The notes beneath the pieces were generated by a model. That model made no database searches. It had not been told where the DNA came from and saw only the letters and a program-made list of their open reading frames with translations. A program made the translations under genes and the position numbers. DNA of 64,000 nt from Podarcis cretensis (taxonomy: Eukaryota). The stretch is taken from contig OX638149.1 of assembly GCA_951804945.1 (NCBI GenBank), positions 58,528,001 to 58,592,000 of the forward strand. The letters are read 5' to 3'. Shown here piece by piece: positions 43,239 through 55,875 of this stretch (the first letter of the stretch is position 1; every line of letters starts with the position of its first letter).

Positions 43239-44795
43239 TGTGGATTCATAATTTTAACGGTTAGAGCGAGTGTCAATTATTACTTTTCAACTCTGAAAAG
43301 AATATGTGATGTGTTTGTGCAAAGTATTTTATTCCCCAACACTATTTCTACTTAGTATATGTAAATCTCTATTTTAAATTACTTATACATGGGGAGTTTT
43401 TTGAGTATGAATCAGCTTAGGAAGTCTGTCCTTTTCTGGCAAAGAGGTCTGAAACCATACGTCTGACACAACCAAGCTTGCCATGTTACTTAAATTTTGT
43501 GGTTTCGATATGCCATAGTTGATCAGAGAATAAATAATCTAAAATCAAAGGTTTCCAGTTGTCCCAGTGCAACGTGCTTTCTGGGCCAATGCTGTCCATG
43601 CACCACAGACTGTTACATCAAAGCAGGTGAACCAATGGCAGCTGAAGGACATTGCACTTGGGTAGCAGACTTGTCTCTTAAGCAGCTAATTATGTCCAGC
43701 ACAGAAGCGGAAAACCAATTTTTAAACTCCTAAGCAGTGATGCTTCAGTTAGGGAGTTGGTGAACAAAAAAGGGCTGGAAAACTACTTCTATTATTTTAT
43801 TCATGTCAGGACCAGGGATATTGGGTGTTTTTGTTTAAAGGATATATCATCTGGCTTCAACTTAGAAAACAATGGAGATTATTTTCTGTAGAAGAAAACT
43901 GCCAAGCTTCAGTAAGTGTTTATAACTTTTGGAGACCACCAGTGTCCCTGATACAAATGGGGGGGGGGGGAGAGCAATGAAATAAATAAGCCACAGCTGT
44001 TTGAATATGCTGGCTAGAAGAAAATCCTCTGCCAGTGACTCAAGGACATCTAAAAGACGTCTGCTGACACCACTGTGCCTTGGAAAGGGAGTGAATGAAT
44101 GACATTCTAATTGTTCCCACATGACACTAAAACAGTAAAAATGGTTCTCTCCACTTGGAAAGAATCCACAGGAGGGGGGGCTTTTAAAAGGTGGGTTCAA
44201 AAAGAGGGTATGCTGCTAGGAATCCATAGCATTTCTGACTGTAAAGAAAACTAGGATTTTGCAGTGGCAATGGTGAATAAAATAAGAAACAATTCATAGT
44301 GTTATTACCTGACAAGGTGCAAACATGTTTAAACAGCCAGAGCAGGGTGGAGGGCTGATGTTCGTCTACACAGTGTAGTATGATCCAGATTAACAATGTG
44401 GTACAGATGTCAATGCTTACCCCAAGCTGTAGCATTGATGCATGGAACACTCCTTCCACAAACAGGCCTACATTTCTGCATTGGTATGATAATGTGCATG
44501 GTGTTAATTAGGAAGTAATTAGGAGTTTTTAGGTTTTTTAAAAAATATGTCTTTTAAGAAAATTGGACATAAGAAGAACAAGGAACTGTGGTGATATATT
44601 TGCAACTATTTACTGTTATTCAGCTTCATAATATTTGTGTTTGATTTTCTCAGAGATTTTTATGTTAGTTTCTTCTTAGTCCTACAGGTGAGTTGTATTT
44701 CTCATAGCATTTGACATGTGTAACCAACAGGCCATTTATAGCTTTCTACTGGAAAGGAAGCGATCATTTGCTATTCATCTCTGTGGCATATGGAG

Positions 44796-44946
44796 ACTGC
44801 TGTGGTTATTTTTATGTGCCCGGTGCAATCAAATGAAGTGTCTGAAGGAAAGGTTAAAACCCCTCTCGATGTTGGAGACGGGTTTTAACCTTTCCTTCAG
44901 ACACTTCATTTGATTGCACCGGGCACATAAAAATAACCACAGCAGT
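44796..44946. repeat. Perfect inverted repeat, 67-bp arms, 17-nt spacer
   Basis: 44796-44862 is the exact reverse complement of 44880-44946. Confidence 0.95.
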
Positions 44947-44948
44947 TG

Positions 44949-44998
44949 GTTGCAAATATGATTCAGGTAATATGTTGCAAATATGATTCAGGTAATAT
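44949..44998. repeat. Perfect 25-bp tandem duplication
   Basis: GTTGCAAATATGATTCAGGTAATAT twice. Confidence 0.95.
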
Positions 44999-45729
44999 GA
45001 GACGAATGGACTGTGTACATGCTAGTTTCCTAAGAAGGAACATATTCTCAGCAGAGTGCAACCACCACCATAGTGCTGCTATGCACAAAAGCAACTTATT
45101 GCCCACACATGGCCTGCTAGGATGGGAAATGTGTATGCAAAGGAATGCTGCACATGTGTGGTTCTTGGACCTCTGAATGGTTCTTGGAGCTACCAGTAGC
45201 AGACAGTGTGTTGCAGCAATGGCACTCACCTGACCTCTGATCAGCCACATTGCTGCTGCTTTCAGGAAAGGAGAGTTAAGTGTGGTGCAAATGTACCAGC
45301 AGAGCCAATCTGGCACCTCTGCTAGTGTGTCGGCACTGCACCAGCCTCCCCTTCTTCCTAGTAAGCAGCTGTGATACAACTTATGAGTGCCATCACCCCA
45401 CCCAACCATCTAACTAGGAGTTACATGTGCTGTTTCTGACATTAGGCTGGCAACCATGCATGGAACTCCAAAATGGAAAGAGTTATTTGAAGTAGACACA
45501 ACACCCAGACATATAGGGTTTCGATTCAGACCCCCAATTCATTGGAAACATACAAAGGATCCCATAGAAAATCTACTGTTGTACATCCATTATATCTAAA
45601 TGTGGTGTAGTCAAATGGAGCTGAATTAATACTTTTAACAAATATTCCAACTATGAACCATGCAACAGATATGCAACTTTGAAATGCAAAAACAACATCA
45701 CAGATTATTTAGATTATAGAGAATAAAAA

Positions 45730-45756
45730 TTTATTTGCTATAAAATCAATTTTATT
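45730..45756 (-). terminator. CD44: Candidate proximal CD44 poly(A) signals
   Basis: Two minus-strand AATAAA (45751-45756, 45730-45735), about 0.6 kb after the stop codon. Confidence 0.45.
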
Positions 45757-46362
45757 CTTACTCGCCTTTCCACCCTATTAAAAATTGTTATTGGACATTC
45801 CTGGAATTTTTGGACAAATTTGTCTTTCTGTATTCAATTACTTCAGCACACAATTCCAAATATCAAGAAGTGAGTGAGATTCAAAAAGATGACAAATCCT
45901 TCAGGGCTAAGTGACAAATAAGAATTCTGTTCTGAAGTCTCCCATTGCAATTAATATTGACGTTCTAGGCCTCAAGGTTATGCTCAGTACCTTAATGCCT
46001 TAAAGGCACTAGCTAGAGAGCCTGGTGACTCCATTACAATATAATGAGGGGAAAGCTGCACAAGTTAGGGAAAATAAGTTGAAGTTGGTATTCTGCCTTA
46101 TCAAACAGTAGACCACAATTGGGAGACGGGTGATGTTGGTGGTCGCCCATCTGAACCGGGCAAAATTAAGCAATCTTGAGCAGAGGAAACACGACATTTT
46201 TATCTTGTACCTGACCATTAAAAATAGAGAAAGAAGAAAATGTATGCTTAATTATGCTTCAAAGACATCAGTAGCTCATTGCATTTGTGAGTTCTAGTCC
46301 CAGTTCCGTGCATTGTTTTTTTGCTTCTTCACCTCTGATGAAATTGGATTGGCGCAGCTCTC

Positions 46363-46570
46363 TTACACGCCACTCTTCAAGGCCACTTCTTGTTGGTTCT
46401 GTGTTTCATCAATTGCCTGGAATTCATCTGTTTGGTTTTCTGGCTTCTCATCATGCACCAAATGAACCATTTCCCGAGATCTACTGGCTTCTCCATTCAA
46501 ACCACCCTTGTTTTTCTCATTTATGCCTCCTTTGCCATTGTTGATAATAAGTTTTTGCTTCTGCCCACAT
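46363..46570 (-). CDS. CD44: CD44 last coding exon, cytoplasmic tail (CGQKQKLIIN...GEASRSREMVHLV...LKSGV*)
   Basis: ttag acceptor, phase 2; aligns with the human tail CGQKKKLVIN...GEASKSQEMVHLV...MKIGV. Confidence 0.95.
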
Positions 46571-47887
46571 CTAATGGAAAGGGAAAAACATGGGATGTCA
46601 AAGCATACAATCACATTAAAAAGTGAAGTAAAACTCACTGATTCTATCTGGGTTAATCAAAGCTTTAAAACATAAGAAAAGTCCAGCATCCTGTCCTCAC
46701 TTTGGCCAACAAGATGCCCATGGGAAACCTGCAAGTATGCATGTAGTATTTTATCTCACGATATTCAAAGAAAAACTATGTTTTCAGTTAGGATGCCATT
46801 TTGATTTATAGCTTCCAGACTGAACCATTTTAAAGGAAATGTTATCTGCATTTGATCATGGTTGGTCTGTGCTTGTCTGCTTCTTTCAAGACAAAGGAAG
46901 AAAACAGCAGCTATGAAAGGTCAGAGACTATCATTAATTAGTAAATGTTTATGTCCACACTTAGATCCATGCATCAACTTACAAACTAGCAGGAAATACT
47001 TCTGAAAAGTACCTTCTGTGTGGTAGATAAGATAAAAACAACAACAATGAAGTAACATGACTTTGATAGGACTGGAATGCAGATTGCAGCCAAGGTAGTA
47101 ATTCTCAGTCCACAGTCAGTGGAGAGCTGTCCGCTCATGACTTAAAATGGGTTAACAGTATAGGATCATCTACAGTTACAGGCAGGTGGGTGCTTTGCTG
47201 CGTGGCAAAGAAGCCCACGAAAGTTACAAGCCTGCAATTTTTACTATCGTGCTGAGAGCTGGAAGGAGGATGACAAGGAGCTCCATCTCTCCTCTAACCT
47301 ACTGCATTTCTATACAGGGCTTCCTTGCTTTGGCAGCCTACTTGGTTTCTATGCTGGTTGCATAGGACGAAAGGAGAGCTCCATCCCTCCTGTGCCTGCC
47401 TGCTCTCACAGTGGCCACCTAGATGCCTATGGGATGCCCACATGCAGGACTGAGCATCCTTTAGGAAAATACTTGTATAGTGCAATTTCATGTCAAAGGG
47501 AAAAAAACACATTAAAAATACATAGTTGACAACCTCTCTCTCCCTCTCATCTATCTATCTATCCATCCACACACCCACTATAAAAACAAGAAAAAATTAA
47601 ACTTACTGATTACCAGCTAACTATTACAGTTGCAAGGTTAAAAGATATTCAGAAGCATAAAGAAGTTCCTTCATTGCTTACTTATTTAAATATTTACCAG
47701 CCACACTTTTGTATAAATGCACTATTGTGTGCCTTGACGTGTGCTTTTCAATGGACATCTCTTGAAAGAAGGAGCTGCTTTCTCCTTTGTATTATTTAAA
47801 GATGTCAGATCTTGGAATTTCCCAGCAACAAGACTAAAAGAAAGTTCTGGCACTAACCAGTGGAAATTTACAAAAGCCATTCCTTAC

Positions 47888-47966
47888 CTCCTTCGACTGT
47901 TCACAGCAATGCAAACACCAAGTATCAATGCCAGTGCCAAGAGAGAAGCAACTACAATAAGCCAAT
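47888..47966 (-). CDS. CD44: CD44 transmembrane exon ([27 protein letters not shown])
   Basis: acag acceptor, GTAAGG donor, 79 bp; near-identical to the CD44 TM segment. Confidence 0.97.
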
Positions 47967-48873
47967 CTGTGGGTGGAAGTTCAAGGGAGGGAAAAAAACA
48001 TGGAAACTTTTACTGGCTAGTCATCTGGATAGAGAGTTGACACAGTAGTTGACATAGTATCATTAATAACCCCACTTTATTTCCTTAAAGGACCCATGCT
48101 TATTGTTCTCTTTCAATGTATGAAGCAACAGAGTGAGGTTTCCTCTCAGGTCTGGCTCACAAATATTCTTTCCTCCCCTGCATGCCCATATAAATGGCAA
48201 AAATAACTGTATGGAGACTCTTTTGTGAGAAGTGGGAAGCATACAGAAACCTGATCATAACAGCTGGTACACAGCACTGCTGTGACTAAGAAAATGGCTG
48301 CTGGTTGTTTCCAGGTTCTTCCTTTGTTGTGCTAATATTTCTCCACAAGGCTGTGTATCCACATACAAGGCTGCATGAAGTAAATACGTGCAAGGAACTA
48401 GCATGGTGCTGCAATATTATTTATAAAGATGGGTTCAGCCAGGTGCCTGCCCCCGCCCCTGGACTCCCCATCTCTGACCCAGATAGGATAAGCTAGCAAA
48501 CAACGATGGTGCTGAAAAGAAACAGTAATAGCTGCTGCCTCCTGCTTCCTCACAGGCTCTGTCTGGCAGTGGCAACTAGCAACAATGACACTGAGGGAGA
48601 CCAGTGAGAGCGACTTGCCCCCGGGCTCCCCAAGAACTGATAACTAAGTTCCTGAGACTTTCCCTCCTGTTTCCTGCTACACGGACCTTGCAAATACATG
48701 ACAAAAATGAAGCCACTTTATAATGAATCTGGTGGCCAATGTAACCAAGTGTTTTCCTTGTCTGCCTGGCAGAAGATCCTGAAATGTAAGGTGACGGTCT
48801 TGCCTAGACTGAACCTTTAACTTAATTTCTCAGTATTTAACCTAAGAAGTTCTACACGCAAAGCATCTGGAGC

Positions 48874-49075
48874 TGTGGTTCCCAAAGTGGGGCACATGCC
48901 CCACACGGGGGCAATTTGAGAACGAGTTATTAACAGTGAATGGCCTTTTAAACTTCCTCCACGTGAATAGGAGTTCACTTCTTAAATAATAAGAATTATA
49001 TGTCACCGGGGTGGGGAATTAGGATTTTAGAGATGCTGAGGTGGGGCATCACCATAAAAAGATTGGGAACCACTG
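48874..49075. mobile_element. hAT-like MITE
   Basis: Termini CTGTGGTTCCCAA...TTGGGAACCACTG. Confidence 0.6.
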
Positions 49076-49175
49076 ACCTAGAGGCTCACCACTTCCAGTG
49101 GTGGCAGTGAGAGGAGCAATCACAAACCACTAGGACTTTATAATAAACATAAATGGTAAAAGTAAAGACACCAAC

Positions 49176-49274
49176 CTGGTATGATAGCCATTCGTGGCTC
49201 GCTTTTTGGCGATTCCCCTGTCTGGTCAATGTGTGTCCCTCTTCCGGACCCCTTCGGGTCATTTGGGTTATCAC
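49176..49274 (-). CDS. CD44: CD44 membrane-proximal stem exon (DNPNDPKGSG...EPRMAIIP)
   Basis: Strong T-rich acceptor, GTTGGT donor, 99 bp, phase 1-1; ends in RxxxIP like the CD44 pre-TM exon. Confidence 0.88.
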
Positions 49275-50176
49275 CTAGATAAAAAACAAACAAACATGCA
49301 TTGCTCACAAAACATTAGAGCTGTGTTATATAAATCTGGAGCCCTTGAGTTTTCACAGACAAAAAAAATACATGATATTGTCAAAGGAAACACAGGTGCG
49401 TTGAGTTTCATAGCAAGGCCCTATTCCTTGACACGGGAATGGTAAAGTACAAGGATACAGCAGTGCTTAAGCTCCATATAAACCATAGTTTCCTCAGAGC
49501 TTTCATTTGGGTTTCTCCCTATCACACCTTGTTTGCCAACCATTTCAAAAAGCCTTCTTTTGTAAAATACTGGCAGGCTATGCTAAGGAAAGGGAAAAGG
49601 GGGATCCATTACTCTATGAAAATTAAAATCAGTTTTCCAAACCATGATAAAATGCTTTCTTCTTTTAAATTTCCAGCTAGTTTATATTTATTGTATTCTT
49701 TAGCCCTGTATTTTGAGTTCTTCTGTGAAGTGTATCCCTGTAGCAATCAGGGTGAAACTGTCTTTCCATAACACCACATACACTTATCAAATGCATGCAA
49801 ACACCGCATACATTAGCTAATATTGCTATGTGTAATTGTTTGTAGTGATACTTATAGAAATATGTATTAATCTGTTACTAATTTGAAAATAGTTCCCATA
49901 AGTGAGAAAAGAGAGAAAAATCAACTAATCTCCAAAACTGAAGAGACAGAAAGATTGTTGAGAAACGATCACACACCTTCCTTCGACTAGTGCAAACGCA
50001 TTCATTAAAATCAGAGTTTGATCATGCATCTTTGCAAGAAGCCATGAAATAAACAGAATGTAATCACAGTAGGATTTCCATCTAATAGCTATTTGTTTCC
50101 ACACCACATTTCCCCAGGATTTTGATGTATGGAAAAGTAAAGGTTAGCTGAAGTTCCTGGAAATTATAACTCTTAC

Positions 50177-50362
50177 TGGCAGTAGGCGATGATGGATGTC
50201 TGTCAGAACCACTGTCAATTTCAGGAAAAACTCCAGGTAATACATAATCTTGAGTGCCATTTACAACAGGCTCATCTTCAGTGCTCCATTCAGGATGCAA
50301 TCCATGTAACTGTGGATCTTGTGTTGATTCTTCAGTTTTGGTTCCATCCTTTGAGACTACTG
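50177..50362 (-). CDS. CD44: CD44 repeat stem exon R10 (VVSKDGTKTEESTQDPQLHGLHPEWSTEDE...SPTA)
   Basis: ccatcattacaacag acceptor, GTAAGA donor, 186 bp, open, phase 1-1. Confidence 0.85.
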
Positions 50363-51840
50363 CTGTTGTAATGATGGTTGAATTAACTATTAACTATCAA
50401 TTAACCTTGAAATTTGCAGAATTAAAACCTGTTTGTTTGTTTTTTGTTTTACAAAATTCCTACTATACTGAAAGTTTAAAAAGAACAAAATAGGGAAGGT
50501 TGCAATGTTTCTGATCTGCTCATGAAACCTTCCAGTAGTAATGGACAGAGACTCAAGTGATCAACAGCCAGAAGCAGCTCCGATCAAAGTAACATTGGAT
50601 CCAAGGACCATTTGGCAAAAGATGCCACATTAGAGTGTGCATACACATGGAAATATTGTCTAATAATAAAATTCATGCATGGCTCCTGCTAACAAGCCCA
50701 TTAACCCGCACCACGCTTGGGAAGTAAGGTGTTGTCATTTCCTTCCCTTTTTCAAAACTTAAACAAACCCACTGGCTCAAATTCAGTCCGATTTTTATCT
50801 CTACAGAGATAAATATTCAAGAAATGTAAAACACACCAGCAGTTTGGAAAGCCCAAGAATATGCCAGGAACAACAAAGTGAAATGAATAATCAATATATC
50901 AGTTCTTACTACAGATATTAAGAGATGCTCTAATTGTCTACCTAAAAAGAAACACTAGCCACTGAAACTAGGAAGGAAACGAGTCTCTAAAGTACACAAA
51001 AAACTTCAACACACTGCCATGTTTAAGCAAGGATCCTGCAAAACCTTACATCTTGGCATTAATACTGACATAAAGACAGTATTTAAAGACATCACTAGGC
51101 TCTCAAGTAGGAGATGTAACAGCAGACAGCATAATAGATACATTTTGTGAAGGATCATTAGCTTCACATGATAGCAAAATGACATAATTGAAACAATAAA
51201 TGCAAATATTTGCAGAACGGAATAGAGAAATCATGACCTAAATTGTTTTAGAAAATTATTCCCCTGTACATATCATACTCTCCCGCCCCCCCCCGCCCCC
51301 GCAAAAAAAATAACATATGTTTGGGAAACAGTCAATTTGATCACAACTCAAAATGCAATACTCCTTCAACAAATTTACGTTGTGTAAACCTGCAGTGCCT
51401 GGCAAACAGACAAGTACTACTCACAATCTTGGTGGCTATCAAAATGGTCATGGCTATCACAATCACATGTGCTCCCTTAGCCACAATTAAAGAATATTAA
51501 GCAAGGAATTTTGACAGGGAAATTTCAAAACTGAAGTTCAAAGATATGGAAATGTCATTAGACTGCAACTGCTTACAAATGATTTTATGACATTATTTTA
51601 TGAGGTGATCTCCACATGGTACAGTCCCCAAGTAGCAACTTCAACACATTCATTTTACCAATAAGGTCCTGGCCAAGGTAACAATTTAGTTTCTGTTCCT
51701 CGACCTTATATAAGTTCAGGTTACATGCAATTTAATTTTCGGTGTCTGTTTTAAAATAGACATGAAAATTAACAACATGAGATTATCTCACCTAAGATAG
51801 ACAGGGTTAAAAGGAATCCCACCACCATTCTACTGAATAC

Positions 51841-51987
51841 CTGTATGATCAGTATTATTTTTTTGACTTATTCCTCTTCGAGGAACAATTCCAGGAACTA
51901 AGACATCTGCTGTTGATTTCGTCGTGTATTTGTCTTCATGACCCCATTGCCTCACTGGTTCTGGGGTTGAATCTTCTTTGGCCACAT
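51841..51987 (-). CDS. CD44: CD44 repeat stem exon R9 (VAKEDSTPEPVRQWGHEDKYTT...VPGIVP...DHT)
   Basis: ccattgccatag acceptor, GTATTC donor, 147 bp, open, phase 1-1. Not in the ORF track. Confidence 0.8.
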
Positions 51988-53136
51988 CTATGGCAATGGT
52001 AAATGAATTGAGATTGTAAAAATAGCAAAACTATTAGCTGCTTTTCACTCTGATCCACTGACTTCTTACTCTACCAGCAGAATATTTCTATCCGAACAAT
52101 ATGCTGGGATGCCAGATTTGCTACAATTCAGAAATTCCAAAAGACTGACAGTGATCTGGCTTCCCCCTTGGTTTTATTTTCTGACCCAACATCTGACATC
52201 ACCAGCTGACACTGACAGTTGATTAGGCATGCAGAAAATTTCATCAACTTGACAATGACATTTGTGTTATATACTTTTGATGGAAGAGAAAATTATTCAT
52301 GAGCTACAGCCAAGTACTTGTCAGTTGTGGATGAGAGCCCACGTTCTTCAACCTGCTCTCTACTCACCACTCCCTTTCTCACACACTCATTTCAACTCTT
52401 CTACAGGTTTTAACTTGGGCTAATTTTATTATAAATCATGTCATAATTAAATGATCATCACAGCAAACATCATTAATTGACTCTGGGTGATTGGCATATG
52501 CAAATAATAATCATAATGAATGAGATATAAAGAATTAAAATGTAAGACTTAGTTTCAGAACCATATTTGTATATCTTGTTTGTTTATGTTCTACAAGCTC
52601 TACACATGATCAGACATTTAAACCAAAGGACATTATGCCCTACAGACTAGCTTGAGAACAAAACAAAACATCAGCATAGAAATATCTGGTCAGGTACTAT
52701 CAAGTTCTTGTGTCATGGAATGAATGCTATTGTCTATATTGCCAGGCCTGTTTTTTCTGGAGCCTGCTATATAAACTTGATGGGAGGAACATCTCCTTTA
52801 AATGGGGTTTGCATAAAATCAACTCTTAGAACAGGAGTTGTTCCTTATTATTATTAAGGAATACAAAAGTTAAAATCAGAGGATTTCCTAGAGCATGAGA
52901 CATCGATCCCAAAGAATCAGTCCCTCTCAAATTGCCCGAAAACAGAAACCTTATGTTAAAAGGAACAAATAATATTCTTAGGTTAGAATTCCAACCTTAA
53001 AATCTAGACATTAATCAACATTTCCATTTGGTGGAAAGGCGGGGTACAGATTTAAAGAACGACAAATTCTTTGTTTCAAAAGCAGTGCTTCATTTCATAC
53101 ATTGTGATGAAATGAATAGATTATTCAGCGCAATAC

Positions 53137-53289
53137 CTGTTTGTTTGCTTTCACTATCTGAATCAACTCCCATCGGTATACCATCTCTAGAAGTATTTGT
53201 GGGATATATTTCTTCAGCATCCCAGCCTGGCTGATGAATGGGAGGTAATGGTTGTTGAGTTGAGTCTTCATGATCGTTGTGTATGACAG
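53137..53289 (-). CDS. CD44: CD44 repeat stem exon R8 (VIHNDHEDSTQQP...PGWDAEEIYPTNTS...KQT)
   Basis: caccaaacag acceptor, GTATTG donor, 153 bp. Confidence 0.8.
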
Positions 53290-53549
53290 CTGTTTGGTGA
53301 ATCAATGATGAACTTAGGTTTGGACATGTTAAAATACAAAATGATGGCTTTTGCAAGCCACTCCCCTCCCAATAACTCACTGTGCAATATTCTCAGCTTT
53401 ACTCATATTTACATGCAATTACATTTCTTGTGCACCTTACATGTTCAACTATATTTACTGACTGAAAATAAGAATCCAGTTGTGAGCAATGTGATTCCCC
53501 ACACCATCACCAGTCACCACATAATTAAGAATGGATCTGCCACAACTAC

Positions 53550-53729
53550 CTGTATGATAGAAATTATCTATGTTATTGTTTCCAGCTGGAGGAATAACTT
53601 CTATGGGTACTTCATCCTTAGTGCTGTTTGTAGAATAATCATCTTCTCTACCCGATTCATGATGTATATCATGTACCGTTGGATCACGAGTAGCAACTTC
53701 ATGTTTGATATCATCACTGGAACCCACAA
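53550..53729 (-). CDS. CD44: CD44 repeat stem exon R7 (VGSSDDIKHEVATRDP...NFYHT)
   Basis: ccatcattatcatag acceptor, GTAGTT donor, 180 bp. Confidence 0.78.
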
Positions 53730-53992
53730 CTATGATAATGATGGTTGGGTTGGGTTAATGTTAAGTGTTCTGTAACATTTGCAGAACTACATCCCACATG
53801 ATTTGCTTAGCATCGCATTTAATTTTTTAAAATTAGTATTGCTAATGGATATCCATTACCACATTTTAGTGGATCTCAATGCAAATTTAGTTTCCTTACA
53901 AACCAGGACACAAAAGGAATATAATTCATTTGGAATATATCAACAGAATGAAAAAACAAAAACAAAACAAAAATGCACACTTCCTCTTTATA

Positions 53993-54514
53993 GTTACATG
54001 AAATGTTTTCTTTTTATTCTAACTTTCTGATAGAGGAATACTACTAAGTAGCAAGTTATCTCTAGATATTTGCAGTGTATTTTATTGTTACTTAAAAGTT
54101 TTACTGTGTGCATGAATGAAAAATGGATGTTCAAGGCTTATACCATAACTATAGGTAAAGGTAAAGTTAGGTCTAGTTGTGGCCGACTCTGGGGTTGTGG
54201 CGCTCATCTCGCTTTATCGGCCGAGGGAGCCGGCGTACAGCTTCTGGGTCATGTGGCCAGCATGACTAAGCCACTTCTGGCGAACCAGAGCAGCGCACGG
54301 AAACGCCATTTACCTTCCCGCCAGAGTGGTACCAATTTATCTACTTGCACTTTGATGTGCTTTTGAACTGCTAGGTTGGCAGGAGCAGGGACCAAGCAAC
54401 GGGAGCTCACCCCATCGCGGGGATTCAAACTACCAACCTTCTGATCGGCAAGCCCTAGGCTCTGTGGTTTAACCCACAGCGCCACCCGCGTCCCACCTTA
54501 ACTATAGACCACTG
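53993..54514 (-). pseudogene. Decayed CD44 repeat exon disrupted by a Sauria SINE
   Basis: Family-type acceptor gcatcattggaatag|CAGTGGTC (AVVYS); after removing the SINE it reads YGISLEHP...NKYTAN...DNLLLSSIPLSES*NKKKTFH, with stops and frameshifts. Confidence 0.6.
54155..54498 (-). mobile_element. Sauria SINE with 9-bp TSD
   Basis: TAACTATAG at 54146-54154 and 54499-54507; reverse complement of the 9309 copy. Confidence 0.9.
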
Positions 54515-54648
54515 CTATTCCAATGATGCTGGAATCAAGTTTAAATATTATGATTGCATGGCCAGTTCTCATATCAATTACAGACCATTGTGCCCTATCA
54601 TGACACGAGCATCTTCCTTGTTTTGTTTAATGTCAATGAATTTCTATA

Positions 54649-54849
54649 CAGTGGTACTTCAGGTTGCAGACTCTGCTAACCTGGAAGTAGTACCTCGGGT
54701 TAAGAACTTTGCCCCAGGTTGAGAACAGAAATTGTGCAGAAGCAGTGCAGCAGGCTCCATTAGCTAAGGTGGTACCTCAGGTTAAGAAAGGTTTCAAGTT
54801 AAGAACAGACCTCCGGAACGAATTAAGTTCGTAACCCGAGGTACCACTG
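54649..54849 (+). mobile_element. Tigger/pogo-like MITE, copy 4
   Basis: TA|CAGTGGTACTTC...GAGGTACCACTG|TA. Confidence 0.85.
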
Positions 54850-54963
54850 TAATTGATTTCAGTAAGATTAAAATTGCAACCTGTTATCTAGCTCAATACA
54901 GCAGCCTAATTCATCTAGAACGTAACAAAGAGAATATCTGAATTTTCTTCTTCTTGCTTGTAC

Positions 54964-55128
54964 CTATATGTGAAGTTTCATTTCCATGCACGTATTCAAC
55001 TGAAGAAATAATTCCAGGTACAAAATAATCTGTTGACGTGTTTGAAGAATGCCTGTGTTCATTGTTCTGGCCAGGATGTGCTTCTTGAGTAGAATCTTCA
55101 TGGTCACTACCACCACCAGAGACCACAG
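54964..55128 (-). CDS. CD44: CD44 repeat stem exon R6 (VVSGGGSDHEDSTQEAHPG...VPGIISS...NETSHI)
   Basis: gtgacag acceptor, GTACAA donor, 165 bp. Confidence 0.8.
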   Translation of the reverse strand: MWSLVVVVTMKILLKKHILARTMNTGILQTRQQIILYLELFLQLNTCMEMKLHI

Positions 55129-55235
55129 CTGTCACAATATAGTTAGATCATTCATTCATTCATTTATTACAATGCTTATGTAATCTATTACAAAATTGTT
55201 TACTGAGAGGCACATTACCTGGCCTTCTACTGCAC

Positions 55236-55875
55236 ATAGATTCAAGTTACAAGAAAGGAGATTCCAGCTAAACATTAGGAAGAACCTTCTGACAATAGGA
55301 GTAGCCTAACAGTGGAACGGACTCCCTTAGTAGGTGAGGGACTCTCCTTCACTGGAGGTTTTTAAGCAATTATTTTATTTTTTAAAATAATATTTATTAA
55401 GTTTTTTAACAAACAGAAGAAAAAGCATAAACAATTAACAAAAATCACATAAAGAAAATCTAAATTCAATACAAAAAACAAGATTTAACATAAAAAGAAA
55501 AAAGAAAAAAGAAAAAATCCCTCTTTCTGATGTCTTCCAATCATTTACTTATTTTCCTGACTTCCTCACACCTCCCTTTTTTGTATTCCATTTAAAAATT
55601 TATTCAGCAAATTCATACCCTCTTAATTTAACCTTAATTATTATCTTCACATATTCAAATTTCAAATTTTCATCTTATATCAATCCCTTCATACATATTC
55701 TTATTTTTCCTTATTGCTAGAACTTCATTTCATTCCAACGTCATTAGCATTCAAGTTTTTAAGCAGAGATTAGATGGTCAACTGTTGTGGAAACTTTTGT
55801 TGAGATTCCTGCATTGCAGGGGCTTGGACCAGATGGCCTTTGGAGGTCCCCTCCAACTCTATAGTTCTATGGTTA
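55236..55875 (+). mobile_element. CR1 3' fragment split by a nested antisense L1-like insertion (55369-55754)
   Basis: CR1 ORF2-end and 3' UTR sequence on both sides; 11-bp TSD GTTTTTAAGCA at 55358-55368 and 55755-55765. Confidence 0.8.

Larger units (their letters stand above)
33316..43260 (+). other. SLC1A2: Putative long (~10 kb) SLC1A2 3' UTR
   Basis: Relatively repeat-poor AU-rich tract ending at a well-formed poly(A) signal; mammalian SLC1A2 has a ~10 kb 3' UTR. The end point is inferred. Confidence 0.55.

Noticed and set aside
46571-47887. Mammalian-type CD44 short-tail exon
   Set aside because: Could not be identified from sequence alone.
48479-48511. 33-nt in-frame candidate exon before the TM exon
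   Set aside because: Weak donor (GTCAGA) and a hydrophobic peptide unlike the CD44 stem.
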